DNA of 62,541 bases, filler included, from an uncultured Rhodopirellula sp. (GCA_964007735.1; 8 parts of 8 records of this genome joined end to end with filler, not necessarily neighbours in it); one strand, 5' to 3'; counted from the whole stretch's first letter, positions 51,894-62,393 are shown. Numbers and translations: made by a program. The notes: generated by a model from the sequence alone, not told the origin.

Positions 51894-54590
51894 ATGAAAA
51901 CACCTAAGTTAATACAATATTCATGGTTCTTGATTGCCTTGCTGGCCTCAAACCTTTGCAGTGAAGCACTGCATTCGCAAGAAACAAACCAAATTGAGAA
52001 GCCACGGGTTGTTCCCATACAGCCATTGTTGTCTCAGGTTCACCGCCTTAGTGAAGCGTTGGAGATCGTCGGCCGCCCCTTGACGAAAGACGCGATGGAA
52101 CGGGTTTCTGAAATCAAGAAGCTAAACGACCCGGCGCTAGTCCTGTCTGCGATCCAGGAGTTATTCGACCCTTTCTGTATTGCGGAAGTGGACGTGGCGC
52201 CGACCGGAGCTCCAAAGGTAACCCCAGGCCGAGCATCTCCGAAACTTCTTGAACAAGGCTGGCGCACTTTCCTGGTAAAGGTCATCAATCGACACCATCG
52301 TACCGGCCGCCTGTTTGTTGAAAGTCCAAATGCTAAGCCACTTCCAAACGCACCGGCAGTTGAAGTGGATAAGCGATGGATGCAAATCAGCTCGTACGAT
52401 GGCCAACCGTTGCGGGCAAATCTGAGTGGACTGGAGGTCGAATACCGTATCGTTCAAATCTTCAGTCGTGATGCAGGTTCTAAGGAAGCGGTTCTCGAAT
52501 TTACCGTCAGTGGTGATGCTAATGGTGATGATGCCTTAATTCGTGAATGGAGGTTTGATGCAGGGAAGGATGGTTGGCACGCAATGAATCAAATGGAAGT
52601 CGATGTTAAAGACGGTTCGTTGCAAATTGAATCCACTGGTGACGATCCCTTTATGGGAGCAGAGGTTGTTTCCCGCGGCGGAGGCTTCGTGCTGAGATTC
52701 TGGGCGAAAACTGATGTGGTGGGCATTGGCCAGCTATTTTGGTGGACGAAGGATATTCCATATGCAACGGGAAATAGACAAACAAATTTCATCCTTGAAC
52801 CCAATAAAGAACATCTATATGAAGTTCCTTTTCACGCGGAGGGGGAATTGGCGGGTATCCGGATCGACCCGCTCGTTAAACCCGGGAAAATACGGATCGA
52901 TTGGATTGACCTGCATTCGCAGCAGAGAAATGAAAACTGGGCAAAACTTGAAACCAAGTTCCAATGTGAATCGAGTACACCCGTTACTTTCCGGGTGTTC
53001 GACGAAAAGGGGCTTCCGGCGTTTGCTAAATTCGAAGTGCGTGACAGTGAAGGTCGTATCTATCCGGCTCAGTCGAAGCGACTTGCACCCGACTTCTTCT
53101 TTCAGCGACATATTTACCGAGGTGATGGCGAAGTGCTTTCTCTGCCGCCGGGGCAATACACCATCACGTGCTCTAGAGGTCCGGAAACCCTGCCTGAAAT
53201 TCAGTCGCTGACGGTCGGTAGCGAACCGAAGCAATTGCTTTATCGAGTGCAGCGTTGGATCGATCCGTCGAAGGCAGGCTGGTGGTCCGGAGACCATCAT
53301 ATCCATGGTGCCGGGTGTTTGCATTACAACAATCCAACCGAAGGCGTGAGTCCGGAAGATATGATGCGCCATATCATGGGGGAGGATTTGAAGGTGGGCT
53401 GCAGTCTTACCTGGGGCCCGTGTTTTGATTTCCAAAAGCAGTTTTTCACCGGGGAGGTGGCCCAGGAGTCCCGGTATCCATACCTCCTTCGATACGACAT
53501 TGAAGTGTCAGGTTTTGGGTCTCATATGTCAGGCCATCTGAATCTATTGAATCTTAAGAATCAAATCTATCCGGGAGGCGATTCTAAAGACCATTGGCCA
53601 ACATTGGGACTGAGCACGCTGAAATGGGCGAAGCGACAGGGAGCGATTTGTGGTCCAGCTCATTCTTCAATAGGCCTCACGAGTTTTGTCGGACGCCTGC
53701 CTGACACAGAGGGCAAGGACGGTGACAACTTGTTGCCAAATTTCCAGATTCCCGCCTACGACGGAATCGGAGCAAACGAGTTTATTGTCGACGTGACACA
53801 TAAGGTGCCGGGCGCGGACGGCAAATTAGGTCCAGCGGTGGATTTTATTTCAACGATGAACTCAGATCGTGTGGCTGAATGGAATATGTGGTATCACGTC
53901 CTGAATGCTGGCTTGCGAGTCGCGGCTAGTGGCGAAACTGATTTCCCTTGCATGAGTGGTGATCGTGTCGGAATTGGGCGAGTGTACGCTCAAGTTGACG
54001 GACGTTTGACATTCGATAAATGGGTACAGGCGATTGGCGATGGACGTAGTTATGTGAGCGACGGTTATACCCATCTGATCAGCTATAGAGCTGTGACTAC
54101 TGATAACAAGCAAAGGGCTAAAGTCGGTGTGAATGGCAGTGAGTTGAAATTAGATAAGCCAAAGAGTGTACGTTTTTCTGCAAACGTTGCAGCACTGTAT
54201 GGGATGTCAGAATCTGGCGAGTCAAAGGGGCAGAAAATCGAGCTATTGGTTAACGGCTATCCAGTTCAGTCCGTGGAAATTAAGTGTGACGGTTCGACGA
54301 AGGATGTCACATTCGAAGTTCCCTTGGCGAAAAGTAGCTGGGTGGCAATTCGTGCCTTCCCCAATGCACATACCAATCCGATTTACATAGTGATTGATAA
54401 TGAACCTATTCTTGGTTCCCTTGATAGTGTGCGGTGGTGTCTGGCCGGTGTCGAGCAGTGCTGGAAGGCGAAGGAACCGTTGTATGCAAAGTCCGAGCTA
54501 AATGAAGCTCGCGCAGCCTACCGTCATGCTCGACTGTTTTATCAGCGGCTATTAGATGAGAATGCCCCCGTGGCTAATCCTCGCCGATAG
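51894..54590 (+). CDS. CehA/McbA family (PHP-like) metallohydrolase, secreted
   Basis: GWRTFLVKV, SRGPE, WWSGDHHIH, GPAHS, SGETDFPC, GR.Y, AHTNPIY. Confidence 0.82.
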   Translation: MKTPKLIQYSWFLIALLASNLCSEALHSQETNQIEKPRVVPIQPLLSQVHRLSEALEIVGRPLTKDAMERVSEIKKLNDPALVLSAIQELFDPFCIAEVDVAPTGAPKVTPGRASPKLLEQGWRTFLVKVINRHHRTGRLFVESPNAKPLPNAPAVEVDKRWMQISSYDGQPLRANLSGLEVEYRIVQIFSRDAGSKEAVLEFTVSGDANGDDALIREWRFDAGKDGWHAMNQMEVDVKDGSLQIESTGDDPFMGAEVVSRGGGFVLRFWAKTDVVGIGQLFWWTKDIPYATGNRQTNFILEPNKEHLYEVPFHAEGELAGIRIDPLVKPGKIRIDWIDLHSQQRNENWAKLETKFQCESSTPVTFRVFDEKGLPAFAKFEVRDSEGRIYPAQSKRLAPDFFFQRHIYRGDGEVLSLPPGQYTITCSRGPETLPEIQSLTVGSEPKQLLYRVQRWIDPSKAGWWSGDHHIHGAGCLHYNNPTEGVSPEDMMRHIMGEDLKVGCSLTWGPCFDFQKQFFTGEVAQESRYPYLLRYDIEVSGFGSHMSGHLNLLNLKNQIYPGGDSKDHWPTLGLSTLKWAKRQGAICGPAHSSIGLTSFVGRLPDTEGKDGDNLLPNFQIPAYDGIGANEFIVDVTHKVPGADGKLGPAVDFISTMNSDRVAEWNMWYHVLNAGLRVAASGETDFPCMSGDRVGIGRVYAQVDGRLTFDKWVQAIGDGRSYVSDGYTHLISYRAVTTDNKQRAKVGVNGSELKLDKPKSVRFSANVAALYGMSESGESKGQKIELLVNGYPVQSVEIKCDGSTKDVTFEVPLAKSSWVAIRAFPNAHTNPIYIVIDNEPILGSLDSVRWCLAGVEQCWKAKEPLYAKSELNEARAAYRHARLFYQRLLDENAPVANPRR

Positions 54591-54848
54591 TTGGCAGTAA
54601 ATAAGGCGTCCGCCATAACGCGACGGTCTAACAGGACGTCAGCCCTATGCCGATCAGGTTCTCGACCCAATCGATCGTTTTCATTTCTCCGGCCGTAACG
54701 TTTGTGTCGTCAACGCTTTCGTGGTTGGTGAAAGTGCCAAGACAGAAAAGTTGGTTCACGAGGGCCCCTGGGTGTCCAATCATCGAGCAGTCGTTGCGGA
54801 ATTCGAACTCATGGGGAAACCCGATCCTGAGGAGTGAACAAAACTCCG

Positions 54849-55021
54849 TCAGCACCTCACGACAAACTCTCAAACTTACAATTTAAATGGAAAACACGTT
54901 CTCTTAGCATGGCGGTCTACTGACGCATACGGTGCCCGCCACCTTCCAACTCCACTTTTTGCCCTCAGACACACGCATGCGGTAGGATGGGACTTGTAAG
55001 CCGGTGACGGCTTGGTTGCGT
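54849..55021 (+). repeat. Dispersed intergenic repeat, copy 4 (family A)
   Basis: TCAGCACCTCACGACAAACTCTCAAACTTACAAT, TGGCGGTCTACTGA, CCCTCAGACACACGCATGCGGTAGGATG, GTAAGCCGGTGACGGCTTGGTTGCGT. Confidence 0.85.
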
Positions 55022-55057
55022 ATGAAACTCATTTAGTTGTTGGGGGTGATTGAAGTT

Positions 55058-55756
55058 ATGGCGAAGCTTGAGGAGTACAGGCCTCCACTTTGGTTCCAGA
55101 TCTCTATTCAATGCTTAATTCTCTACTCGATCGTTACAACGTTTCTAGAAACGGTGCCTGAACTAGAAGCGTACGCCGACTTTTTCAGTGTTTCGGAAAT
55201 CATCGTTGTAGCCATTTTCACCATAGAATATGGTTTCCTCTGGATTAAATCATCAAACAAACGGGCATACCCGTTCGGCTTTATGGCGATAATTGACCTA
55301 CTCGCTGTAGCACCTTTTTATCTGGGCACAGCCGTCGATCTTAGAGGTATCAGGGTTTTTCGATTACTGCGGATTACCCGCCTATTAAAACTTGGAAGAT
55401 ATAACAGAGCTATCAATACACTGGGGACGGCGTTCAAACGCTCTGCTCCTGAATTGCTAGTATTCAGCGTTGTAACATTAATGACGCTAACTATTTCTGC
55501 AATGGCACTTTACTATGCTGAGCACGAAGCTCAGCCTGAAGTTTATAGTAGTCTTCCAGCTTCCCTATGGTGGGCCGTAGTTACATTAACCACCGTTGGC
55601 TATGGAGATGTTTACCCCATCACTGTTCTAGGGAAAGTCGTTGCAGCAGTAGTCATGCTGATTGGGATCGGCGTCATTGCTATCCCTACGGCAATTATCA
55701 GCAGTAACCTGACTGAATTAATCAAAAGCGACAAAGCAAAAGACACCTCTCATTAA
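55058..55756 (+). CDS. Voltage-gated-type potassium channel (ion transporter)
   Basis: S4 RGIRVFRLLRITRLLKLGR; WWAVVTLTTVGYGD selectivity filter. Confidence 0.93.
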   Translation: MAKLEEYRPPLWFQISIQCLILYSIVTTFLETVPELEAYADFFSVSEIIVVAIFTIEYGFLWIKSSNKRAYPFGFMAIIDLLAVAPFYLGTAVDLRGIRVFRLLRITRLLKLGRYNRAINTLGTAFKRSAPELLVFSVVTLMTLTISAMALYYAEHEAQPEVYSSLPASLWWAVVTLTTVGYGDVYPITVLGKVVAAVVMLIGIGVIAIPTAIISSNLTELIKSDKAKDTSH

Positions 55757-55784
55757 TAGCTGGCCCATAGTACCAAAACTATCG

Positions 55785-55827
55785 ATTTGAGATCAGCCGG
55801 CGACTTTGGCAGAATGGATGCTTGGCC
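55785..55827 (+). repeat. Dispersed intergenic repeat (family B), copy 2
   Basis: ATTTGAGATCAGCCGGCGACTTTGGCAGAAT..CTTGGCC matches 7698-7740. Confidence 0.75.
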
Positions 55828-55902
55828 AAGTCAGTCGGCATTCGCATCGATGTGTCTGCTCAACTGAGCTGACGATAAATAACCTTTTACGGAGTAACTA
55901 AG

Positions 55903-56108
55903 ATGCAAGAGACAACCGTGAAACAACTATTAAAGACCACGAATACTGTCTTGATAATGATTATGTTATTGTTCGGACTAAACCTTACCGCTGATTTACT
56001 TGGTTGGAAGTCGCAAGGTTTGGTAATCAAAAATCATACCTACGTTCACGAATCAGGGAAAAAATTTGTATATCCTCTGTACACTCAAGAACATGATTTT
56101 GGGACGCA
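55903..56108 (+). CDS. Small membrane-anchored hypothetical protein (3' truncated)
   Basis: GGAG RBS, ATG, one TM segment; open to contig edge. Confidence 0.55.
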
Positions 56109-56208
56109 NNNNNNNNNNNNNNNNNNNNNNNNNNNNNNNNNNNNNNNNNNNNTTAATTAATTAANNNNNNNNNNNNNNNNNNNNNNNNNNNNNNNNNNNN
56201 NNNNNNNN
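56109..56208. other. Artificial contig linker
   Basis: N44-TTAATTAATTAA-N44. Confidence 0.99.
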
Positions 56209-56210
56209 AG

Positions 56211-56843
56211 CCAGACTTCGGAGATGGTAACTGGAAGGGGGTCATTTCTCCCACGAGCGCAAATAATTCTGCCGTCGCGGCAGCCTGGATTCCCGCATTG
56301 GTATTCGGCGTGCCCGGGGATGCGGTGACTGCAATAGTCTTGGGCGCATTTCTGGTTTATGACATTACGCCGGGCCCTGGACTCTTTGAATCCGGGAATG
56401 CAGACTTTATTTTCTCTATTGCGATTGTTACCCAGTTTCTACTGTTACCGGCAGGTTTACTGGGTATCCTTCTGTTTAGCCAGATTGCCAAGCTTCCCCG
56501 TGGGATCATTCTTACAGCCGTGGTGATGTTTTCCGTTGTAGGTTCGTATGCTATGAACAATTCGATTACAGATGTATGGGTAATGTTCGGATTTGGCATA
56601 TTCGGGTTGATCCTCGAGAATCAAAGGGTTCCTTTAGCCCCATTAATCTTAGGGATGATCCTAGGTCCGAAAATTGAGGTGTATTTGAGAACGGGACTAA
56701 TTAGTTGTCAGGGGGAAATCTCCAACGCCTTCTCTTCGGACATAAGCAGGACGTTGGTCACCTTACTGGTCGCGATTCTGATTTATCCGCTTTTACGATC
56801 CCTTACCAGAAAGGTATACCGTCGGTATGAATGCGTCGATTAA
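56211..56843 (+). CDS. tctA: Tripartite tricarboxylate transporter large subunit TctA, C-terminal part
   Basis: FGDG..GVISPTSANNSA..AWIPALVFGVPGDAVTAIVLG, PGP.LF, PLAPLILGMILGP. Confidence 0.88.
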   Translation, partial: PDFGDGNWKGVISPTSANNSAVAAAWIPALVFGVPGDAVTAIVLGAFLVYDITPGPGLFESGNADFIFSIAIVTQFLLLPAGLLGILLFSQIAKLPRGIILTAVVMFSVVGSYAMNNSITDVWVMFGFGIFGLILENQRVPLAPLILGMILGPKIEVYLRTGLISCQGEISNAFSSDISRTLVTLLVAILIYPLLRSLTRKVYRRYECVD

Positions 56844-57924
56844 CGAAAAACGTTTACTAGAGGTTTGGGAGTTGCTCGATCGGTGGCATCAGGATTGTGG
56901 CGTTGGCGCTATTTCTGCTGAGGTCGGTAATGAACGCGATGCATCCGACAGTTATGTCGCTGGATTTGACGATTTAAATCGGTCTATACCGGTTGATGCA
57001 AATAGCAGGTACCTTATTGCATCTCCCACAAAACCGTTCATAGCAGTTGCGGCTATGATCTTAGTTGAAAAAGGTCAACTGCAGGTAAGTGACCGGGTTT
57101 CGAAATATATTCCAGCCTTTGCTGATCAGGGTAAATCGGAGATTCGTATTGCCCATCTTCTTACTCACACTTCCGGATTGCCGGATATGCTTCCCAACAA
57201 CGTTGATTTAAGAAAAGCAAAGGCGCCCTTGTCAGAATATCAAAAACATACAAATACCGTCGATTTGGTTCACAGCCCCGGTACACGCGTCCATTATCAG
57301 AGTATGGGTATTTTAACGCTGAGCAGTGTCTTAGAGGTGATTACCTCGGTATCCATGCCCGAATTTTTAGCCACCGAGATATTTTCACCCTTGCACATGT
57401 CCATGACCTCACTTGGGGTGTCGGACGAGTGCTTGAGATCTGCAAGGCCACCGGTAGACGCTATGGTGGAGCATGTAGCAGGACACGACGACTGGGGTTG
57501 GAATGGTGATTATTGGCGAAAGCTAGGAGCACCATGGGGCGGATTGATATCGACGTCCTCAGACATGGGATTATTCTGTCGTCACGTTCTCAGGATTCTA
57601 GCGGGAGAGCAGGGGATATTGTCCACCTCTAGTATGAGGTCAATGACGTCAAACCAGCTTGTCGGTTCACCAAAGTTACAAGCCGGCACAAGTGAGGCGT
57701 ATCCATGGGGTTATGGCTGGCAATTGAATTGGCCTAACCATCCGCGGGGATTTGGTTCAGTATTACCTCCTAACGCTTTTGGTCATTGGGGGGCCACGGG
57801 TACTCTTGTTTGGATAGACCCGACTAAGTCTGTTTACGGCGTAGTTCTGACAAATGAACCGATGGGTTTAGAAAATAGACGCCAGATACAATTCGCAAAT
57901 ATGAGTCGACTCGCATGGGATTAA
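56827..57924 (+). CDS. Serine hydrolase, beta-lactamase family
   Basis: IASPTKP, HLLTHTSGLPD, PGTRVHYQS, FGHWGATGT. Confidence 0.9.
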   Translation: MNASINEKRLLEVWELLDRWHQDCGVGAISAEVGNERDASDSYVAGFDDLNRSIPVDANSRYLIASPTKPFIAVAAMILVEKGQLQVSDRVSKYIPAFADQGKSEIRIAHLLTHTSGLPDMLPNNVDLRKAKAPLSEYQKHTNTVDLVHSPGTRVHYQSMGILTLSSVLEVITSVSMPEFLATEIFSPLHMSMTSLGVSDECLRSARPPVDAMVEHVAGHDDWGWNGDYWRKLGAPWGGLISTSSDMGLFCRHVLRILAGEQGILSTSSMRSMTSNQLVGSPKLQAGTSEAYPWGYGWQLNWPNHPRGFGSVLPPNAFGHWGATGTLVWIDPTKSVYGVVLTNEPMGLENRRQIQFANMSRLAWD

Positions 57925-58697
57925 TTAGCGAATTGTTCCCGGAACGTAGTTTTCACGGCGTCAACACCCAATTTCAAGGCGATTGTCTCATTGCTCATTG
58001 ATACAAGTTGACAGTTAAGTTCAACCGCGCGCTGAGCCCATGCAGCGTCAGGAGTCACTGCACCCCAGCTTTTCCCGTGCTTGGCGCAGACCTCACTGAC
58101 GTGTCTGACAGCGTCCCATAATACGTCCGAGTGAAAGTCGGGATAGCACCCTAACGCGATGGACAAATCAGAGGGCCCTATGAATAAATGGTCGACGTTC
58201 TTCGTAGCTGCAATCGCGTCGGCGTCCGTTAAAGCGCCCAGAGTCTCAACCTGAATTGCAACAAATACTTCGTCATTGGCGTTCTCATAAAATTCCGAGG
58301 CGGGTCGAGTGGTATACCCACCATCGACGCCACTTCTATTCATTCCCCGCGTTCCGGCCGGTGGAAACTTAGCCCAACTCGCAAACTCTTCTGCTTGGTT
58401 CGCCGAGTGTATTTGGGCCGCCATCACACCTCCCGCGCCTAACTCTAGATATTGTCCAACTTCCTGATAACCTGTGGGAGCCATGCGCACGAATTGATGA
58501 AGATCAACCGCGCGCGCCGTAACAAATGCGGCTCGTATTTGGTCGACGGTAGCCATACCATGCTCGAGGTCTAACCAAAAACCTGAAAAACCACCTTGTA
58601 ACGCATACATTTCCACGGATACGGGGCTTATAAGTCGGGAAAGGGCAAAGAAGTTCAATCTTTCGCCATCGGAAAACCGGTCTCTTAAGAGAGGCAT
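57921..58697 (-). CDS. HpcH/HpaI aldolase family protein
   Basis: DLEHG, KFPP.G.RG, IQVET, LFIGPSDLS. Confidence 0.9.
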   Translation of the reverse strand: MPLLRDRFSDGERLNFFALSRLISPVSVEMYALQGGFSGFWLDLEHGMATVDQIRAAFVTARAVDLHQFVRMAPTGYQEVGQYLELGAGGVMAAQIHSANQAEEFASWAKFPPAGTRGMNRSGVDGGYTTRPASEFYENANDEVFVAIQVETLGALTDADAIAATKNVDHLFIGPSDLSIALGCYPDFHSDVLWDAVRHVSEVCAKHGKSWGAVTPDAAWAQRAVELNCQLVSMSNETIALKLGVDAVKTTFREQFAN

Positions 58698-58799
58698 CGA
58701 AGCATACCTTGGATGAGTTAGTCGAATAGTTACACTAAATAGTATAACCTTTTTGTAATCTAATCTCGTGAGTAATAGTTACGGAGCTGTTTGTAAAAC

Positions 58800-59738
58800 A
58801 TGGATCGTCACCCCTATAGGATACCACGCTGCCAGGTCGTCCCAGAATCCGATTTCCAAACCTCATTTGCAATTGACGGACGCAAACTTATACATTGGAA
58901 TTTCGGTCATCATTACCCGCGGCCTTTTTTCCATCCCGTCATTGGGCCGTCGGGCGCTAATCTCGTAAGAATGGGCCACCCCGGAGCCCCAAACCATGAC
59001 CACCACTCCGGGATTTGGTTCGCTCATAACATGGTCGAAGAATTTAATTTTTGGGCAAATCAAACGGGCACCCAAATACGTCAGAGGCAGTGGCTGGACT
59101 ATATTGACTCGGATGAGTATGCCGCTGCGGCGTTCATTCTGGATTATTACGATGGCCACGACGAGTCACCTCTTTTGACGCAAACTACGATTTCGATTAT
59201 TCATCCCCTCGAAAATAATGAATATATCCTTGAACTGCATATGGTTCTCGAAAGTCCGAGCATACCCGTAACGCTCCATAAGACTAATTTTGGGGTCGTA
59301 GCCGTTAGAGTGTGTGCAACGATCTCAGAGCATTTCGGAGGTGGCACGTTGATGAACGATCTGGGTGTCAAAACCGAATCAAATCTTTTCGGTAAACCGT
59401 CAACTTATATGGATTACAGTGGGCCCGTACGGGATACCTCTGGTGACACGGTCATTAATGGGCTGACGCTGTTTGACCATCCGTCCAACCCCAACTTCCC
59501 AGCTAAATGGCATGTTAGGGAGGATGGTTGGATGGGGCCCTCTCTGAATCGCGATGACGCAATCGTTATCAATAAAGGAGCATCACTTGAATTGCGTTAT
59601 CAGGTCCATGTTCACGCCGGAGCACTCGATCCTGATAAAGCTGTTTCCATACATCGGCGATTTAAAGATAGTAAATCTTGGATAGTGAAACGTTCGTCGA
59701 TGAAGCATCGAGAATGGGAAATACAAAAGGCGGATTAA
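58800..59738 (+). CDS. DUF6807/'PmoA-family' protein (not a methane monooxygenase)
   Basis: RPFFHPV, HDHHSGIWFAH, FDHPSNP, WHVREDG. Confidence 0.78.
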   Translation: MDRHPYRIPRCQVVPESDFQTSFAIDGRKLIHWNFGHHYPRPFFHPVIGPSGANLVRMGHPGAPNHDHHSGIWFAHNMVEEFNFWANQTGTQIRQRQWLDYIDSDEYAAAAFILDYYDGHDESPLLTQTTISIIHPLENNEYILELHMVLESPSIPVTLHKTNFGVVAVRVCATISEHFGGGTLMNDLGVKTESNLFGKPSTYMDYSGPVRDTSGDTVINGLTLFDHPSNPNFPAKWHVREDGWMGPSLNRDDAIVINKGASLELRYQVHVHAGALDPDKAVSIHRRFKDSKSWIVKRSSMKHREWEIQKAD

Positions 59739-59741
59739 ACA

Positions 59742-60674
59742 TTAAAGTTTAAGATGTCGATCGAAGAAGTTTAGCCCGCGAGTCCACATTTCTTCACTCA
59801 AAATATGACCTGCTCCGCTTTCGATATAATATGTAAAATTATCTTCGGCATGCATTGATTCGTAGGCCATGCGAATATTTACCATGGCGTTGCGTACATG
59901 TTTGATAGGACTACCGCTATCTAACTCGCCAAAATTCATGTGTACTGGCCTAGGAGCGATAAGAGCCACAATGTCAGGTGTGTCAGCTTCCGGATAGATT
60001 CCTGTAACAAAATTCGGGAAGCAGTGCAGCATCTCGTTTTCTTCGATGGCCTTATAGGTGGGCAAGCAGCAATTACACACGGTCGCCTTAATTCGCGGTT
60101 CCCATGGCGCGACCATATAAGCATGTGTCGACCCCATCGAGTGACCATAGGACCCTATTGAATTAGAATCAACCTCTTCGAGGCTTGTCAAATAATCTAC
60201 AGCACGACGCATGTCCAGGATGTTTTTCCAGGCCATAGTTTGCCCTCGGACGACATATTTCAGATAAAGAAAGCGTTCTAAACTTCCGGCTGATAGTTTG
60301 TAGCCTTGCGTTCGCTCTTCGAATCCGAGCGCGTCTGGGCATAAGACGACATATCCGTTTTCTACTAATGACACACCTGTATGATGCATTGGATTACCAC
60401 TCAATCCAGCCGGCTCGGTTTTTCCAATGTCCCATTGCCCATTGTGTTGATGCCAAATGCAGACCCCAGGTGCAGGGTTCAGCGAATCGACGCCGTCTGG
60501 AATCATCAGGATCGCCGGTATTAGTTCCCCCGGATCGCCTTCATACTTAATCCACTTAAGTGTATACCCGGCCTTTTGCTCTGTTTTGATAACGATAGGG
60601 TTTAGTGGTCCGGAGGCTGGGAATGGACCGCCTAAGCCACTTAGGAGTTGATCTTTGAAATCGATAGGTGCCAT
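59742..60674 (-). CDS. Alpha/beta hydrolase (dienelactone hydrolase/acetylxylan esterase-like)
   Basis: WHQH, GYVVLCPD..FEER, GHSMG nucleophile elbow, LIAPRP, GH. Confidence 0.85.
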   Translation of the reverse strand: MAPIDFKDQLLSGLGGPFPASGPLNPIVIKTEQKAGYTLKWIKYEGDPGELIPAILMIPDGVDSLNPAPGVCIWHQHNGQWDIGKTEPAGLSGNPMHHTGVSLVENGYVVLCPDALGFEERTQGYKLSAGSLERFLYLKYVVRGQTMAWKNILDMRRAVDYLTSLEEVDSNSIGSYGHSMGSTHAYMVAPWEPRIKATVCNCCLPTYKAIEENEMLHCFPNFVTGIYPEADTPDIVALIAPRPVHMNFGELDSGSPIKHVRNAMVNIRMAYESMHAEDNFTYYIESGAGHILSEEMWTRGLNFFDRHLKL

Positions 60675-60696
60675 TTGTTTTGCGATCTAAGAGTCG

Positions 60697-61005
60697 TTAT
60701 GAATGATCCATGCAGTCGAACGCAACGACATTCTCTAAGTGCGGAATAATCAATGCTTTTACGCGTTCGTGTTCGGGATGAGGCAAATAGATATTGCGGT
60801 TCTCTTCCGAATCGAAGGTCATCATGAACCCGTGCGAGAACGAGCCATTAAGGCCTTCAGGGCTGGAGTATTCCCCGCCGGCATAATGAAGCACGCCGGG
60901 GCAGAGTGTTTTTAGTGCTTCAAGCTCGGCAAAAAGTTGGTCGATCGTCTGTTGCGACGTTTCGTCCTTGAAGTGAAACAGTACCATGTGTTGGATCTTC
61001 GTCAT
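60697..61005 (-). CDS. Dabb family stress-responsive A/B barrel protein
   Basis: IQHMVLFHFK, SPEGLNGSFSHGF.MTF, YLPHPEH. Confidence 0.9.
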   Translation of the reverse strand: MTKIQHMVLFHFKDETSQQTIDQLFAELEALKTLCPGVLHYAGGEYSSPEGLNGSFSHGFMMTFDSEENRNIYLPHPEHERVKALIIPHLENVVAFDCMDHS

Positions 61006-61508
61006 TAGTAAACCAGTACAAACGTTTGCTGAGTATGTATTAGCCTTGCATTATAACGAAAACAAAGTTGACGTGAAAAAACCTGCGGGTGAATATTCGC
61101 TCCGTACGTTGTTGAATCTGGATACTGGATGCGAAATTTGATATTTGTACTCATACCTTTCAGCGATTTGCGTTGGAACGACGCCTGCTGAGGTGGAGGC
61201 TGCACATACCGCAATAATTCGTTCGAAAAGGGGTGCTGCGTTGGGCAATCAATATGACAAACCATTAGGGGGGCGATTGTAGGGACTACAAGAGGCGCCA
61301 TCACGCGTAAACTTGCTAGACAAACGGTGCAGGTACGCCAGAATGCGTACGAGGAAAAATGGCGTGCTGACCAACAAATATGTCGAATTCGCATCAGCTA
61401 CGTTCTGAAAGTCGGCCACCCGCGACGATGTGACAAAAATCACGGCCGAAAACGTGCCGGGAATTACCTTAGGGTAGGCCCCTAGTGACGAGCCTATTTT
61501 CGATTAAT

Positions 61509-62393
61509 TTATTCGGTTGAAATCTTGGCTATCGCACGTTGTAGGGCCGTTCCCATATCTGCTGGGCTCTCTGCCACTTCAATTCCGGCTGCCTCTAACG
61601 CCTTTACTTTTTCCGCAGCAGTCCCCTTGCCGCCGGAGATAATAGCTCCTGCATGGCCCATCCTTTTGCCTGGAGGAGCCGTGCGTCCTGCGATAAACGC
61701 AGCGACCGGTTTCGTAACATGGTCGGCTACGTATGCTGCAGCTTCTTCTTCTGCGGTCCCACCAATTTCACCAATCATCATAATGGCCTCGGTTTGTGGG
61801 TCTTCCTCGTAGAGTTTGAAGAGATCAATAAACGAGGTTCCCACAATAGGATCACCTCCCAGTCCCACGCATGTTGATTGGCCGAGACCGACATTACTGG
61901 TTTGCCAAACAGCTTCGTAAGTTAGCGTTCCTGATCGGCTCATGATACCAACCGTACCTGGAGTATGGATGTATCCCGGCATGATCCCTATCTTGCACTC
62001 ACCCGGTGTAATGAGTCCCGGGCAGTTTGGTCCTATCAAAGTTGAACCGCTCTCGCGGATCACCTCATAGACACGCACCATATCTAACACCGGGACACCT
62101 TCCGTAATGGCAGCGATCGTATCGATCCCGGCATCGACCGCTTCAAGGATCGCATCCGCAGTAAAAGGCGCTGGAACAAAAATCATCGTTGCATTGGCAG
62201 AGGTCGCTTGCACGGCCTCTTTAACCGTATCAAACACCGGAATACCGTCGACATCTTGGCCACCCTTGCCAGGCGTGACACCCCCAACTACATCTGTTCC
62301 GTACTCCGTCATCCGAGTGGCATGGAAAGTTCCCTGTCCTCCCGTAATTCCCTGCACTAGGACCTTGCTGGCCTCATTTATCCAGATACTCAA
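61509..62393 (-). CDS. sucD: Succinate--CoA ligase alpha subunit
   Basis: [42 protein letters not shown]. Confidence 0.97.
   Translation of the reverse strand: MSIWINEASKVLVQGITGGQGTFHATRMTEYGTDVVGGVTPGKGGQDVDGIPVFDTVKEAVQATSANATMIFVPAPFTADAILEAVDAGIDTIAAITEGVPVLDMVRVYEVIRESGSTLIGPNCPGLITPGECKIGIMPGYIHTPGTVGIMSRSGTLTYEAVWQTSNVGLGQSTCVGLGGDPIVGTSFIDLFKLYEEDPQTEAIMMIGEIGGTAEEEAAAYVADHVTKPVAAFIAGRTAPPGKRMGHAGAIISGGKGTAAEKVKALEAAGIEVAESPADMGTALQRAIAKISTE

Noticed and set aside
54628..54873. Possible leucine-rich-repeat gene remnant on the minus strand
   Set aside because: Only a faint DTNVT/LIGIGL resemblance, and it overlaps repeat copy 4
8970..56208. Recurring TTAATTAATTAA flanked by N runs as a biological repeat or CRISPR
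   Set aside because: Identical 100-nt artificial spacer with six-frame stops
35760..57924. The two beta-lactamase-family genes (35760-37085, 56827-57924) as resistance genes
   Set aside because: Generic SxxK serine hydrolases common in PVC genomes; no resistance or mobile context
58800..59738. Methane monooxygenase subunit
   Set aside because: Soluble DUF6807-type protein; the 'PmoA' family name is misleading; no TM helices and no pmoB/pmoC
61005..61508. ORFs or structured RNA in the 500-nt gap between Dabb and sucD
   Set aside because: ORFs lack recognisable motifs and I could not identify a convincing RNA structure
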